Origin: Rhizophagus irregularis
Taxonomy: Eukaryota
Length of the DNA: 64,000 nt
Assembly: GCF_026210795.1 (NCBI RefSeq)
Contig: NC_089434.1
Location: 3,534,001-3,598,000, forward strand
Direction: 5' to 3'
Part shown: positions 36,236-51,800 of the stretch, one piece after another
Numbering within the stretch: the stretch's first letter is position 1
Layout of the letters: each line of letters begins with the position of its first letter
Notes under the pieces: generated by a model
Database searches by the model: none
What the model was told of the DNA's origin: nothing
What the model saw: the letters and a program-made list of their open reading frames with translations, nothing else
Program-made: the position numbers and the translations under genes

Positions 36236-39200
36236 TGTTCGACGTTTTCTGGGAATTATTTTTTTGAACATGCGGCTAAAATGCGGTTAACTAAACAAAA
36301 AAAAAATTTTTTTTTCTGAAAGGGCACGGACCAAAAACAATAAATAAACAAAAAAAAAAAATTTTTTTAAAATAAAATAATATAAATAAACTGAAATTTT
36401 TTTTTCTAACGGCAAAGTAAAACAATTTATTATTTTATTTTAAAAAAAATAAAAAAAAAATTTTTTTGTTTATAAATAGAGATTTAAAATAAATTAATAT
36501 AAGTAAAATAAAAAAAAATATTTTTCATTTTTTTAAAAAAAAAGTGCACGGACCAGAAATTATTTTTAAACAAATAAAAAATTTTTTTTTCTTTTTTTTG
36601 AAACGCGCATGAAAAAATTATGGGTCAATCAAAACAAAAAAAAAAAACAAAAAAAAAATTTTTTTTTTACAAGGGCTATTGAAAAAAAAAATTTTATACT
36701 AATTTATTTATTGTACAATGATAATCTTACTTTTCCTTTTTTGAGAAAGTTTAGTAAAAAGGGGAAATATTAAAATAAATAAATGTATTTTATAATACTT
36801 GCTAGAATTAATTAAGTACAAAAAAAAAATCTAATCTAATATTACCCATAAACATAAATAAAAAAAATTTTTATTATCTGTTATATATAAACAAATAGTC
36901 GATTGTTTTTGCTTTAAAATGGGCTTACATTTTTCCGGGCAGACTAACCATAAAATTAATACGTCTTAGTTTATTTCATTTATTTCAAAATATCCAAATT
37001 TATTTCTAATTACAATTGTTTTGGTTTTGCTTACTTTTTTTTTGTTCTCCTTTTTGCATTCAAAACATGTATATAATGTAATATAATAAGAATTTACAAC
37101 CTTTATATGAAATACAAATTGGCTGAATAATAAATAATAAATAACAATAATAAATATTATTTAATTAATAATAATTGAATTATAACTTAGCTAAGAATTT
37201 ACGCATACATGTCTACTATATACATAAACAAGTTTATTACAAAAAAAAAATAAATTTTTTTTTACTTCCTTTTCATATTAATATTCATTAAATATTATGC
37301 TTGATGATGTACTGTAATTCATTATAATTCCTAACCATCTTATTATTAAAAAATTAATAAGAGAAAGAAAAGATATTCGTAATGTGGCACAAAAAGAAGA
37401 ATTTTGGATGAAGAAATTTTTTTAAATAGTTAATAATAATAACATTATTACTAATATTATTAAAGAATTTTTTTTTTTTTTACGTTAAAATATTTAAAGT
37501 TTTCACATATATATTATATGGTAAGAGTTGGCTGAAAATAAGCATGATAGTAGTGGCTTATAAGACTGTAATAAAGCTGATATTTATAGATCACATGCTT
37601 AAGGTTCAATTGAAAATTATTTATATGGGTACTCTAAAACGATTTTTTAAAATAAATATATTATTGAAACTGTGTCACAAAAAAATTTATTTTCATTTAC
37701 ATTTTATAAAGGATTACCAATAAAAGAAAGAAAATTAATAAAAAAAAGTATTCAAAAGAATCGTAGAATATCATCAGAGAAAAAAAAAATGAAATTGAAG
37801 TATCAAATGTATCAAAATAAAATGAAATGAAATTGAAATATGCGTAAATTAAATCTTATTTATTTATTTGTATATATTTTATGTATATATGCTATTAAAA
37901 AGGTGAGAATACAGTTTGGACCTACCTTTTCTTACACATCTGGATCCTACAGATCAGAAAAAAAAATATTTTTTTTTTAAAAAAAAAAAGTTTTTAAAAA
38001 GCACGGATCAAATTGGCAAACATTGTACAATATATAAAACACACTGTATCATATAATGTAATTTATACTGTACAACTAAATTTTCATGGGGCGTGAAAAA
38101 AAAATTTTTTTTTGTAAAAAGGTTATTTATATAAAATACTATATATGTTTATGTGTCATTGGTAACAAAAGAAAGTGCCACAGTATTATATATGCTATTA
38201 TATATGCTATTATGAAAAAAAAAATTTTTTTTTTATATAAATTATTTTAGTTTTTTTTATTTTAAAAAAAAATAACGTAACTTATATAGTAATTTATATG
38301 AAAGAAAACAATATATTATATAATATAATATATGAAAATTCTTTAAACCATAAATAGTTTCTTACGTACTGAGCATCCATTTTACATTCCACTTATTAAT
38401 TTGAATGCACAATTAAAGGACCACCTGTAAAAAAATTAATTTTCGACGATAGTTGCCTAATTGAAATTGACAAAATATCTTCCTTCAAACAAAAAAAAAA
38501 TACCATAACACTTTTGGAAAGTGGGCACGACTAAAAAAGCATGAATTATGGGTATGACAATAATGAGCCACAACGTTTGATTATCGTATACTGAAAGAGA
38601 AAGACGGAGTTCGTAGCGTATGTATATCAAAGTATAACAGGGCGCACAAAAAAGATTTTTTTCTGTACAACTTGAAAAAAAAAAATTTTTTTTTCGCCAT
38701 AAAATATTTCCTTTTTTTTTTATTCAAAGAAAATGTCAAATAATATAACCTAATTTAATTTAATTTAATTTTTTTTTTTTTTTTTGAAACCGCACGGATC
38801 ATTTGATTTATTGGTATTAATTAATTAAAATTTTTTTTTTTTCACGGACCATGCCCCTATTTAATAAATATATATACACAAAAAAAAAAATGTTGCACAA
38901 TAGCTTTTTCTTGTAGTTTAAACAAAAAAAAAATTTTATATAACATAGAGAAAAAAGACACATATATAATTTATGTATTGTTGTGCAACCCCTTTTTTTA
39001 TGGGGTTATTATTATTTTTTTTTTAATACAAAGTTTTTCTTTTTTGTTGCCAACCCGCATAATCTCAAATATTTTTTATAAATATTTTTTTTTTTTTTCT
39101 TAGAAAACCTAAATTTTATGATTCGTATTTTTTAAAAGATAATCTTGTATTAATTTTACGTAAGATATTATATATATTATATAATGAAATTATATAATTT

Positions 39201-40933
39201 AATATGTTGTACATGATCTTTTTTTTTTTTATTACTACTAGTATGTAGAAAAAATTATTAACCCATAAATAGTTTATCGTTATTACATACTAAAGTATCA
39301 ATCATTATTTACATGCATCTTTTAATTCTAAATGCGCAAGGGTGTGTTGTTGGATTTTTATTGAACAACCATCAAAATCGGTAAAAAAAAAAAAAAAAAA
39401 ATACTTTTGATTGGAATTTGATTCCTTTTGTGAAAGAATCCCGAAAAGAAATTCTTTTAGCAAACACAAAAAAAAATCTAACCTAATGAAATTGTAATAG
39501 TTCAATAATAGTTGTATAACAAACTTAAAAGGAAATCGAAAAAAAAGCATGGATTATAAAAAAATGATAATAATGAATTAATACTTTAATGGAGTTGACA
39601 AAAGTAGGTACGAAAATTATCATAATGTTACACACACATATTTACGCCACATAGATGGTATCATATGCGTAAAAAAAAATGGTTTTTTTTAAAAAAAAAA
39701 AAGAATGTTGCCGGAGAAATATGATATGTAATATTTTGTAACCACTCCGAATCGGGATTTATTATTTGTACAAATAAATAGTTATTGAAAATTGTCAATT
39801 TGGATATTCGTCTATTTATAGTGATCTGCATGATCATGAATTAAGTTTTAATTATACTGTATAATTATATGAAAATACAAACAAGGTGTAAATAATAATA
39901 ATAATAATAATAATAAATATTTTTTTTTTTTAAAAAAACATGATCTTTTTAGTTATAAAGACGAAACGCCACAATAATAAATAAATATCATTTGACCAAA
40001 TGATATTCATACGTAAATTTATCCGTTCCTCAACCGAAGAGATTCAGTTTTGTAATCATTGGCCGTAAATCCGAAGATTAAGAACATATGTAAACAATAT
40101 GCACGATAACGGCTATTAGCGAAATTTTCGATTAATTATTTGTTGTACTTGCTCAAAAAAGACTGCACCCTCAACTTTAAATCTAAATAATACACTAGAA
40201 ATTTTATTTCTATATGGGTATCTCTTTATCTCTTGGGATTCTTTCTGGAAATGTAATATGCAATATGACAGATATCTATTGCCAACAATATAATCGAAAA
40301 AAGAATGGGAATAATAAAGAACAATATTGAATATGATGTTATGTAATAATATGTCACGTACAATTACATCGATAATAATTAAGTGCCGCTGAAAAAATTT
40401 TTATCCCGCCTCGCTTCATATCATTACAGTTTTGTTATAAATAAAATAAAAGAATAAGTATTATTATTATACAACATTTTAATATTGTACAAATCTCTTT
40501 TTTTTAAGAAAAAAAATAATAAAGAATATAAAAAGTAATTGAATAATGAATATTATAGTTTAACCATTTTTCATTCATTCATTCATTCATGCACATTATT
40601 TTTTTTTTTTGATTAAAAGAAATTCGATCTATATAATCATCGATTGTTCTCCATAATTAAAAGTTTAATAATTATATAATTATTATATGATCTGTAACTA
40701 TAATATTTTTATTTTTATTTTACTTGTTTTATTTATAGTTTTGAAATTCTTTTTTTCTGTAAGTTGTAAAAGTGGCGGTGTTACCGTTGTACAGCATTCC
40801 TACTTGAAAATATTTTATTTTAATACTTTTAACCGACGGATGATATTTATTTAGTAGGAATTTTTAATTAATATTTAGCTTTGAACATATATTTTAAAAT
40901 TTGGCCAATTAAAGCGGTCGGCGCAGTATATAC

Positions 40934-40965
<32 letters not shown>

Positions 40966-42391
40966 ATGTATGTTATGCATAAACATTTAATTATTACGCT
41001 ATATGGATAAAAATATCAATGACGAAAAATTATACAAGTTAATTTTTACTTTTAAATTTGACGCATTTGACATGTTTACATAATAGAATGGTAACATTTA
41101 TTGAAGATACCATTCTTAATTTGGTCCCTGAATGATAATTTATATAATTCGTATAATTTATATAATTTAAGGATAGTTCAAAAAACTAAAAAGAGGAGTT
41201 TCTTAAAGGAATACTTATTATTTATTTGTTTATTTTACGTACAACTTTATACTTTTTTTTAATGTGGTTATATGAGGATATAAAAAAGGTGATTTGTTTA
41301 TTCAATTTGGTTACAATTTATAAATCTTCTTTGGTAAAATATGGAATAAATGATATTTTAAATTATTGTACGACCTTATAAAGCATATAGTAAATATGTA
41401 CACATTTATACAACAGATACATGGATTTTCTACGGTACAAAATTTACAGACAGCATTTCATCGACATGAAATTAACCGACGCCATTTGCTGACTTTCATT
41501 TTACCGACATGAAAATTTACTTACTCCATTTCATCGAAATGCCATTACCCGGCTGCGAAAATTTATTAGCTGCGCCTCACTCCTTCTGCGCCTTAATCTC
41601 AAGTGCCGAAATGTTAAGAGAAGTTCAACAAACTGATTACAAAATCCATTTCTATTTTTTTTTTTTTTCAAATAGTACTGTTTAGAATTTAGAATTCCAT
41701 TTAAAACCGCAGTACGAGAAAATTACCACAAAATTTTTTTCCAAAATAAAAATAGTAGCAATAAATGTTAGTTTACAATATAAATGGGACACAATAATTC
41801 GAAAATATATTACACGAGAAATTACTTAATGATCATTTCATTTCAGGTAGAATCACCAGCATCAGCATCAGCGTCGCCTTGAAGGTCTTCAAGACATCTT
41901 AATTTAAATAATTCTGAATTTGACATAACTTCTCTTCATTTATGCGAAAAATCATCAACGCACAGTTTTCACTTAAATTTCCTGCTTTAACAATGCGCGA
42001 AGAAGACAATAATTAAGATTCTCATCAATATATAAACTTCGTTTAAAGCCAAAAGCATGTCCAAAATGACTGGTTACTGTAAAATCTGTTACATGAACAC
42101 TATTTGTTCCGTAATACCAAACTTTTAATTTATTTTGTTAATTATTCCCAATAATTGAACTAATAAAATCTGCAAATTTTTTCAACTGGATATTTTCAAT
42201 GTTTTTTGAAATATTTCCTTGATAATTAAAATATTGAACATGTTCTGGCAAATTAACACTGCCTGAACGGAAAGGACATGACACTGGCGCTCTTGTAGAC
42301 ATATATGACGTATGAATATACCATGAAAGCCATTCTCAAGGTGTTTAGTCTCCAGAAAATCTGTGTAGATGTCAGATAATTCAGACTTCGC

Positions 42392-42898
42392 TTGTTTCTT
42401 GACAATGATGTCCTCGTAAATAATATTGAATATAAAATTTCAAAATTAAAGGAACATATCTGGCCTGAGGAAAAAAATAAACTTAATATAAATATGATCC
42501 TAATGATACGAACCTTTGAAAGGTTAATGTCAGTAGAGACGAGCTTAAAGACGTTCTTACTAAAGAGGATATCCAAAGCCAAACTTAAAGGCGAGAAAAT
42601 AGATGCAGGGGATTTTTTTACTGATTATTTTAAATTTAATCAACTTACTGATGGGAATGTTCACATCATCATCGTAGTAGATTCACTTATCAAAAATTTT
42701 ATGGATATTGGATATTCTAATTTAAGTGATATTATATTATGGTGGATGGATGAAAAAGAACTTTATGAAGAGGCTAATGTGGAAGAAATTATGATGTCTT
42801 ACTTTAAAGAGAAATTCCGTGAAACAAGTAACTTTATGGACATTGTTCATAATAATTATTTTTATGATCACGAATATCTTATCAGTAGTGTTTCCTAG
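42392..42898 (+). other. 168-codon open frame of unknown origin (possible gene or transposon remnant)
   Basis: Long open frame with protein-like acidic composition in very AT-rich DNA, but it has a TTG start and no recognisable domain. Confidence 0.35.
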
Positions 42899-43171
42899 AA
42901 TAAAACATTAAATGCTATATTTGAGAGAAACAAGGTTTGTCAATATAAAATTAACACGTTTCATAAAATTTTTTAAACTTTTTACAGTATTAATAAGAAA
43001 GCAAGGAATATTTTCAATAATATAAATTTATTCTACCGTTCTATTTGAAAAAAAAATAGAGAAAGGAATAATTAGAAATAATTAGATTGGTGGTAAAATA
43101 GCATTTCGGCGAAATGAAGTAGGTATTTTTTTTTTAAATATTTTTTTTTGTTTATAAGACTATTGTACAAT

Positions 43172-43456
43172 CCCTATAAAAAATTTTTATCCGAATATTT
43201 CCATTATTTCTCCGTGTATTCCGTAAAAATTCCGTGAAAATTATACATTCACGGATATCCGTGTTAGCGAGATGAAAATTTCCATTTTTATGGGGAATCT
43301 ATTGTATAATTTTCCGAAGGGCTGGCAATATGTTCGTCACGAGTTTCTCCGTCTGCCACATGATCTTCAGCCTATGAAATCGCAAATTTTAATTCTATCT
43401 TTTTTTCGCTCCGGACTTATAATAGTTTCCCGTTTCCCGATTCCTAGTAAGTAGGG
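43172..43456. mobile_element. MITE related to the 18606 family (CCCTA...TAGGG, AT flanks)
   Basis: at|CCCTATAAAAAATTTTTATCCG...AAGTAGGG|at; same left end as the 18606 element. Confidence 0.6.
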
Positions 43457-44980
43457 ATGGACAAAAAATATATTTATAATTAGTAACTAATAAGTCAAAA
43501 AAAATTTTTTAATTATCAACTAAAAAAAAAAATAATTATTAGTTAGTTTACATTATATATATTTCATTTATAATAATAGAATGTACACACATAACGATAA
43601 TTTTCAAAAGTGATTGTTTCACAAAGCACAGGTAATATTGTTTTTGTTTAAAAACTTAAATTGATTAACGAGGGTTAAGAATTTATAGTATTATTTGACT
43701 AATTTCAAGGGTTATTATTATTATAATTATACTGTATTAAATATAAAAAAAAAATCCGGAATTATTTTATTATTACATAAAAAGAAAAGAATGTATGTAA
43801 ATTAATATGATGCATCGGATATTTTTTAATAAAAAGAAAAAAAATTTTCATTTATATATATAATATATTTATATATGCATATATTAAAAATTTTTTTTTT
43901 TTATGCATTTACCTACTTATTTAAAAGGTTAAAAGGGTTTAAAAATTTCAGTCAATACGTGATGCAAATTGATGCATCACTCAGAATTCGTCAATCCGTA
44001 CTTAATTCGGAGAATATTTACGGGTTTTAGCGGGGTATGACAAGTTGTAAAAGTTAACTCGTCGAATTAAATTATAGATTTGAATATTTTTATATTTTTT
44101 GGGAACGTGCTACATTACATGGAATATAATCTATAAATAAATATGACGTTTTTAATTCTTTTCTTTTATATAATTTCTCCTTTCGGTCTATCAAATAATA
44201 TAATCGAGCGAACGCTGTGTAATTGTATCATAATCTGGCATGCTTTTTATCTTATCTTATAATATAGTATATAGTAGTAAACAAACTTATCTGAACAAAA
44301 GGAGTTTTTACTCTTTGTTACAATATATAGTTGCATTATATATTGATATACTGTATATTGACGAAAAATTATATTAAGGGGTATAAAAAAAAATTTTTTT
44401 TTAAAAAAAAGATAAACTTTTAATGGATTTAATTGATGCGGATTAAAAAAAAAAAATTTTTTTTTTATTTTTTTTTATTTATTTACTTATATTTACATTT
44501 ATTTATTTGTTAATCGAAAGTTTAAAAAATTTTTTTTTTAAATATATATATACTGTATATAATTACATATATATATTATTTATTTATTTATTATTTATTT
44601 TTTAACAAGTTAGATTCATCATTTATGTTTAAAAAAAAGGACGTGTAATTTTAAAATAAAAATATTTTTTTTTTTATTACTAAAGTATTCTATTAATAAT
44701 AATACTAAAACATGGAAGATCAAAAGAAGAAGAAAAAAAAATATTCATATAAATACGACAATATTTTTTTTGTTTTTTTTTAAAAAAAAAATTCTTTTTT
44801 TTTGCTTTAACAATTTTTTTTTTTAAGTAGTTATTATTTTTTTTTTTGAAAGGTATTTCCTCTTTACGTGGTATATATTCGAATAATAATTATATTAAAA
44901 AAAACAAATTTTGTATTTAACAAACATTTTTAAAAAAAACTTATTGATTGAAAAAAATATAATTCTTTAGGAAGAAAAAA

Positions 44981-45769
44981 ATGGAACACCTTGACTGCCT
45001 CAGTAAAACTCGTAACTGGACCGATACCGATATTATCTCCTCTTATAAAGAAACTTGCAAACAACTAGATATCTGTAAAGAAAAATTACGTGAAGAACAC
45101 GAACTACAGAAAGAAGAATCTGCTTTACGCGCAGAAGAAAAGCATTTAATTCGTATAAAGAACGCTTTATGGAGACGTATGGCCTCATCACTTTGTATCA
45201 GAAAAGAAACCAAACTTGTTTCTTCGAAAAGTTTAGAATGGTAAGTTTAAAAAAAAAGAAAGAAAAGAAAAGAATTTTTTTTTTTTTTCGTAGAAAATAT
45301 TTCTTTTAAAGGGAGGTGGTACGACATAAGGGGTAATTACCTGTGTGACCGACATCCTATTTAGCATTAACATTTTAAGGGGGAAAAATGAGCAAAGCAT
45401 ACAGAAAAAAAAACCTCATCCTTTAACTTGGATTCAGACTAAAAAAATGAACTTTTTATTGTAATGATAATGATTTATTTCTCTTTTTAATTTCCTCATT
45501 TCTTCTGCTGTTTTTATAGTTCTAGTTCTTCTCTATACCAAAGAAAAGATGAACAACAAAGAAAATATCTCACCAATGCAACCAAAACTCATTCATCATC
45601 ATATGTGCCACGATATAACCGTTCTCTCAAAAATCGTAGAATTCAACGTAAAATAAGACATGCAAGTACAATCCGTTCGTATATAAATTATTTTAGGTAC
45701 TTGCCAAGGCAAAATATAAACAACAATCCATCCGCAAATCAACTGTTTAACGGAATTAATTTTTATTGA
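44981..45769 (+). CDS. Orphan family protein copy C, 169 aa, 2 exons (44981-45240, 45520-45769)
   Basis: TG|GTAAGT...TAG|T joins in frame; ends NNPSANQLFNGINFY*. It lacks the Q/K-rich linker found in the other copies. An alternative in-frame acceptor exists at 45526. Confidence 0.85.
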
Positions 45770-45859
45770 GGATGATACTATCGTTTTATCGTTTTAATTC
45801 AAAACCGTAATTTATGCAAAATCTGTTTAATGGCAAAACTCGAATAATCGTATCTCATA

Positions 45860-48800
45860 ATCGGCAAAATTATAAAGCGGCTAAATAATTTGTACTACAA
45901 ATTTACGATTTAGTATTTATTATTATTTATTTCGACTGTTTCAAATTTTTTCTCGAAAATAATATAAGAAAAGTTTTATTCCGTATTTATTTTATATATA
46001 TACAGTATATACACATATCTGATATATATATATATTATTTTTATTAATTCGAACGATCAACTCGTCGACAAATATTTATTTATTTTTCTTTGGAAAGGAA
46101 ATTCCCGTTTTTTTTTCTTCCTTTATGAAAAACATCTAGAAAAAACTCCCAACAAATATTAGTAAATATGTGAACTTTTACAAAAAATTTTTATTCGATT
46201 TTTATATTAAATTAAACGAAATAATAAAAAGAAAAACATTTCTCGTAACACTGGCAGAATGCATATGTATGTACTGTACTATGTGTGTGACCAATGACCA
46301 ATTAAAATAAAATAATTTTTTTTTTTGGGATATTGTTTTAGTATTGTTACCCTATTTTATTGGGAACCAATCTTACACTCCGTTTGAATAATAAACAAAT
46401 ATCGGTCGAAGTCCGACAAATATTCACCGTTCAGCCATTATGAATATTGCAGTGACCAATGAAAATTAATGCTACTAATAATGATTTCAATATTGAATGA
46501 AAATATCGGTCATTAAAATCCCACATATTCCTAACAATAATTTTCTCTTATTTATTTTTTCTATTTTTTCTTAATCATGTGATGTGTAACAATGATTTTG
46601 ACATTTCGATGGCCCTCCGCGTTTATATTCAATACTACAATATGTATAACATAATATTTATATCGGTGTTTATCAAGATACCCTTTTCTTTGTGTAAATA
46701 TATTTAAAATATATATTTAAAATTTGTTTACATCTTGAAAATAACGGGACCTTTCGTTTCGTTCAGCTGAAAGCCTGAAATAAAGATAAAAAGAATAATA
46801 AAAGTAATTTTCTTTTTCTTTAATTATTTGGATGATTACATTTATTTCTAAAGAAAACCTAATTTGTTTTATCTTTCTTCTCCTTCAACACGTGTGGAGA
46901 AGTTTAATTTAAATATTTTGTGAGACCCGACTTCGATTCGTAAGACCAAGCGTAGTAATTTTGTTATAGTGTAAATATTATACACATATATAAATAGTTT
47001 AGTTACATTATTTATATTATAATATTTTTCCATTTTTTTTAAAAAATTAAACGGCACACAATTTATTTACTGTGTTTTTTTTTTAAAAAAAAAGTGGTCA
47101 CATAAAAGAAATAAGTGGTCACTGCAAAAGAAATAAAAAAAAATTGGTCACATGAAAGAAATAAAAAAAAAGAAGTGGTCACATAAAAGAATTTTCCGAT
47201 CTACTCACTTAATCTACACAAATTCTTGGCATAATAACAACAAAAAAAAAATTCTTGATACCTACTCTATTTTGTTCCATTTATTATATTATTATTACAC
47301 ATACTATATGTTTTAATAATAATAAAGTACAATCTCAATTACTCCGTCATTACTTATTCCATCATCAATAATAATAATATTATTTATTATTACAGTATTA
47401 CTATTAATTAAGGACCCGAACCGGAAAATAATTCGGATTAAGTTTAATATATCATAATACGTCGAGGCATAACCGAATAAAAAGATTTACATTATAAAGT
47501 TTTTTTTAAAATTATAGTAACTGATAAATATAAAAGTAAAAATAAAAAAAATACGTAATTTATACTGTACAACCAAGCTTTTTCGAGATATACATGTTTT
47601 TCTGACAAATTTCGTATATAATTGGGATGGGCGAGTGGCTATATCGGTTTACAGGACCGAATAATCGAATGAAAATGGGTCACGTAGCATTTTCACCAAT
47701 CAATGAAGGGCCTTCATTAACGTTAAAAAAAAATTTACTTTTCTCAATTCTCAATGCCGGATATCAGAGGATAATAAATAAACAACAAACAACGAAAAGA
47801 ATTTTTTCCAATTGTAAAATAGATATTATAATTGAAATAGCCACAATCAGAAATCCAGGATGGTAAACGTCATATTTGCATAAAATTTAATTGGATATAG
47901 TATCGTAAGTCATATAAGGAAAATATTCGGATAAAACTTTTTAATCAATCCGCTATCAACTACGTTATACTACATATTCGGACATTCGATTTATAGTAAT
48001 CTGCACATGACCAGCGGATAATTAGTTGTAAATGCGATTTATAATTAAAAAAATCTTTTCCTTTTTCTCGAAATAAAAAAGATTATCTGAATTATCTGAT
48101 CAATACTCATTTATCGGTTTCATATACAGATTTGTTGGTTGTAAAATAATGCATAATTAATTAAAAAAAATTACATAAATATATGGAAAGTTTAGTCTCA
48201 TTTTATTGTATTTTTTCCTTTTTTGTTAAAAGTTCATGTAAATCAATTAGTACTACTACTATAAAATAAATAGTTTTCGAATATATTTTTTTAAATTAGT
48301 ACAAGATTGAAACACTAAAAAATTTAGTTTCATGCGATGGCCAAAAAAATATTTTTTCGTATTATTCAAAAATGGAATTACAATTGATGGTTATAACCCT
48401 CTTTTGGTTTGAGTAATTACTACGGTTTATATGAGAAATCTATTATTAGTTATTTTTTTAATGCATAAAGTTGTACAGTATTTATATTACGTTACATTAT
48501 ACGATTTTTTCTTTGTTTACACAACTTTGTTTTTATTGTATAATAAGTAGGGTCATGGGTCGCATGACAAAAAAAATTTAATCTAAAATAATTATTGTAA
48601 TATCTTTTTTTAATTTACCAACTAAAGAAAAAAACAATAAAAATAATTATATAATTATATAATTATTGTTTAATCGATTAGGAATATGCGGGATTTTAAT
48701 GACCGATATTTTATGAGACATCCAATATTGAAAACGTTATTAGTAACATTAGTTCCTATTGGTCACCGCAGTATTCTTAAGATATCGGCCGAAGACAGAT

Positions 48801-51800
48801 ATCTCTTTTCCCCAATCCAATGGCTATTTAGTATTACAGCAAAAAAAAAATCTTTTATTGGCTATCAACTAAAGAAAAAAAGCAACAATAATAAATATTT
48901 ATTTTTTACTTATTAATAAAAAAAAATCTTTTATTGCGTCAACTAAAGAAAAAAGATAACAATAATAAATATTTATTTTTTACTCAATAAAAAAAAAATC
49001 TTTTATTGGTTTATTGGCTATCAACTAAAGAAAAAAACAACAATAATAAATATTTATTTTTTACTTATCAATAAAAAATTTTATTGGCTATAAAGAAAAT
49101 ATTTATTTAACAAAGAATTTTTTTTTTAAAGTTAGGTTACATTATATATACTGTTATATTCCTATAATAGTTAGAATATTAGAATGTCACATGGCGATGA
49201 ATGTAAAGTTAAAGAGTTTCAGGTAGGGTGGTCTGTCAACTCGATAAAGTTAGAATTTGTAATAATATTATTTGAATAATTTCAATGGTTATTATACTAT
49301 TATAAAAAAAATTTCGGAGTTGTTATCTTTTACATAGAAAGAAATATTGAAAATTTTATTTTTTTTAATTCGAATATATACCGAATATTATAAATGATAT
49401 TTTTTTATTAAAAAAATTATTATATAATATTAATTATAAACTAAAAGTTTTAAAATTTTCAAATCAATAATATATGGTGCAATTGATGCATCCTTAAATT
49501 TTATCCGAATAACTTTCACCCGAGCTGTTTGTAGAAAATAATTTGTAAGATTTTGAATATTTCCTGTTTTCTGTTTTAAATTCCGTATATGTTACATTAC
49601 ATGTAATCCATAAATATATATTTTTACGTAAATATGACGTTTTTAATGATATTTCTGTCTATTCTGTCTGTAAAAATAACGATTTAATTTAGCAATTTAG
49701 TTATCTAATTGGACGTAAATTCAAATTTGAGTGATTACCAACCGGCGTACTTGTTTACATAGTTTACGTACAAGATACAAGGAAGAGTTGTGCAATTTAT
49801 TATATACTTTTACATTTACGTCTTTGATAAGATAAAAAAAAAGATTTAAGGGTCAAAAAAAAAAAAATTATTATAATATAAAAAAAAAAATTATTATAAT
49901 AATATAAAAAAAAAATTTTTTATATAATTTTATTCATGCAAACCGCCCTGATTATATTACACAGTACATTATATTGTATTATACGCATATATGTATGATC
50001 ATTTATGCTTGTGTTTTTTCAAAAAAAATAATAAGGAAATAACAACTTTATTTTATTTTATTTACAAAAAATCGATTGATTCATATATTTTTAAAATTAT
50101 TATTTGCGATATTTATTTATTTTGTTAAAAATTTTTTTTAACAAACATTAAAATGATTATTCTTATCATTCATTTAAAAAAAATATATATATATTTATCG
50201 AATATTATTGGCAAATCTATCGTATGGCAAAATTATAAAGCGGCTTTATAATTTGTACTACAAATTTACGATTTCAATGACGATTTATTTCGACTATTTC
50301 AAATTTTTTCCTCGAAAGATAAAATATAAGAAAAGGTTTATTCCGCATTTATTTTTAATATATATATACACATGTATATACTATTTTTATTAATTATAAC
50401 ATCAACTCGTCGACAAATATATATATATTTTTCTTCGGGAAGGAAATTCCCGTTTTTTTTTCTTCCTTTATGAAAACATCTAGAAAAAACTCAAAACAAT
50501 TATTAATAAATATATAAATTTTTACAAAAAATTTTTATTCGATTTTTATATTAAATTAAACGAAATAATAAAAAGAAAAACAGTTCTCGGAACACTGACA
50601 CTATGTCACAGAATGCATATGTACTATGTACTGTACTACTACTATGTGTGTGACCCATACCAATTAATTTTTTTTGGGGGGATATTGTTTTATTATGGTT
50701 ACCACTATTTTAATGGGAACCAATATCCATTCAGTTTGAATAATAAACAAATATCGGTCGAAGACTGACAAATATTCACCGTTCAGCCATTAGGAATACT
50801 GCGATGGTTTCAATAAATAAAAATATCGGTCATTAAAATCTCGCATATTCCATAACAATAATTTATTTTTTCTTAATCATGTGATGTGTAACAATGATTT
50901 CTATCTATGGTTTGACATGTCGATGACCAAGTTTATTTCATTTTTGCGTTTATATTCAATACTTACAATATGTATAACATAATATTTATTTCGACGTTTA
51001 TCAAGATACCCTTTTCTTTGTGTAAATATATTTAAAATATATATTTAAGGTTTGTTTACATCTTAAAAATAACGGGACCTTTCGTTTCGTTCAGCTGAAA
51101 GCCTGAAATAAAGAAAAAAAGGAATAATAAAAGTAATTTTCTTTTTCTTTAATTATTTGGGTGATTACATTTATTTCTAAAGAAACCCGATTTGTTTTAT
51201 CTTTCTTCTTCTCGTTATAGTGTAAATATTATACACATATAAAATAGTTATTATCATTCTTATAATTTTATATTATAATTTTTTTAAAAAAATTAAACGG
51301 TACACAATTTATTTACTGTGTTTTTTTTTTAAAAAAAAAAAGTAGTCACATAAAAGAAATTTCCGATCTACTTACGATCTACACAAATTCTTGGCAAAAT
51401 AACAACAAAAAAAAATCTCGATACCTACTCTATTTTATTTCATTTATTATATTATTATTACACATACTATATGTTTTAATAATAATAAAGTACAATCTCA
51501 ATTACTCCATCATTACTTATTCCATCATCATTAATAATAATAATATTATTATTACAGTACTACTATTAATTAAGGACCGAACCAAAATATTCGGATAAAA
51601 TTTTGCGTAGCGTATGAAAGTACTAATTCGGATTAAATTTAAATAATATATCATAATACGTCGAGGCATAACTTATTTTAAAATTTGATTTATTAGTACT
51701 ATAATTTAAACAAAAAAAGATTTATAATGTAAAAGTAAACATAAAAAAAATACGTAATTTATACTGTACAACGAGATATAAAAAAAATACACGTTTTTTT

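Noticed and set aside
35916..36271. Phe-rich and Lys-rich ORFs
   Set aside because: Translations of a poly-T/poly-A tandem repeat.
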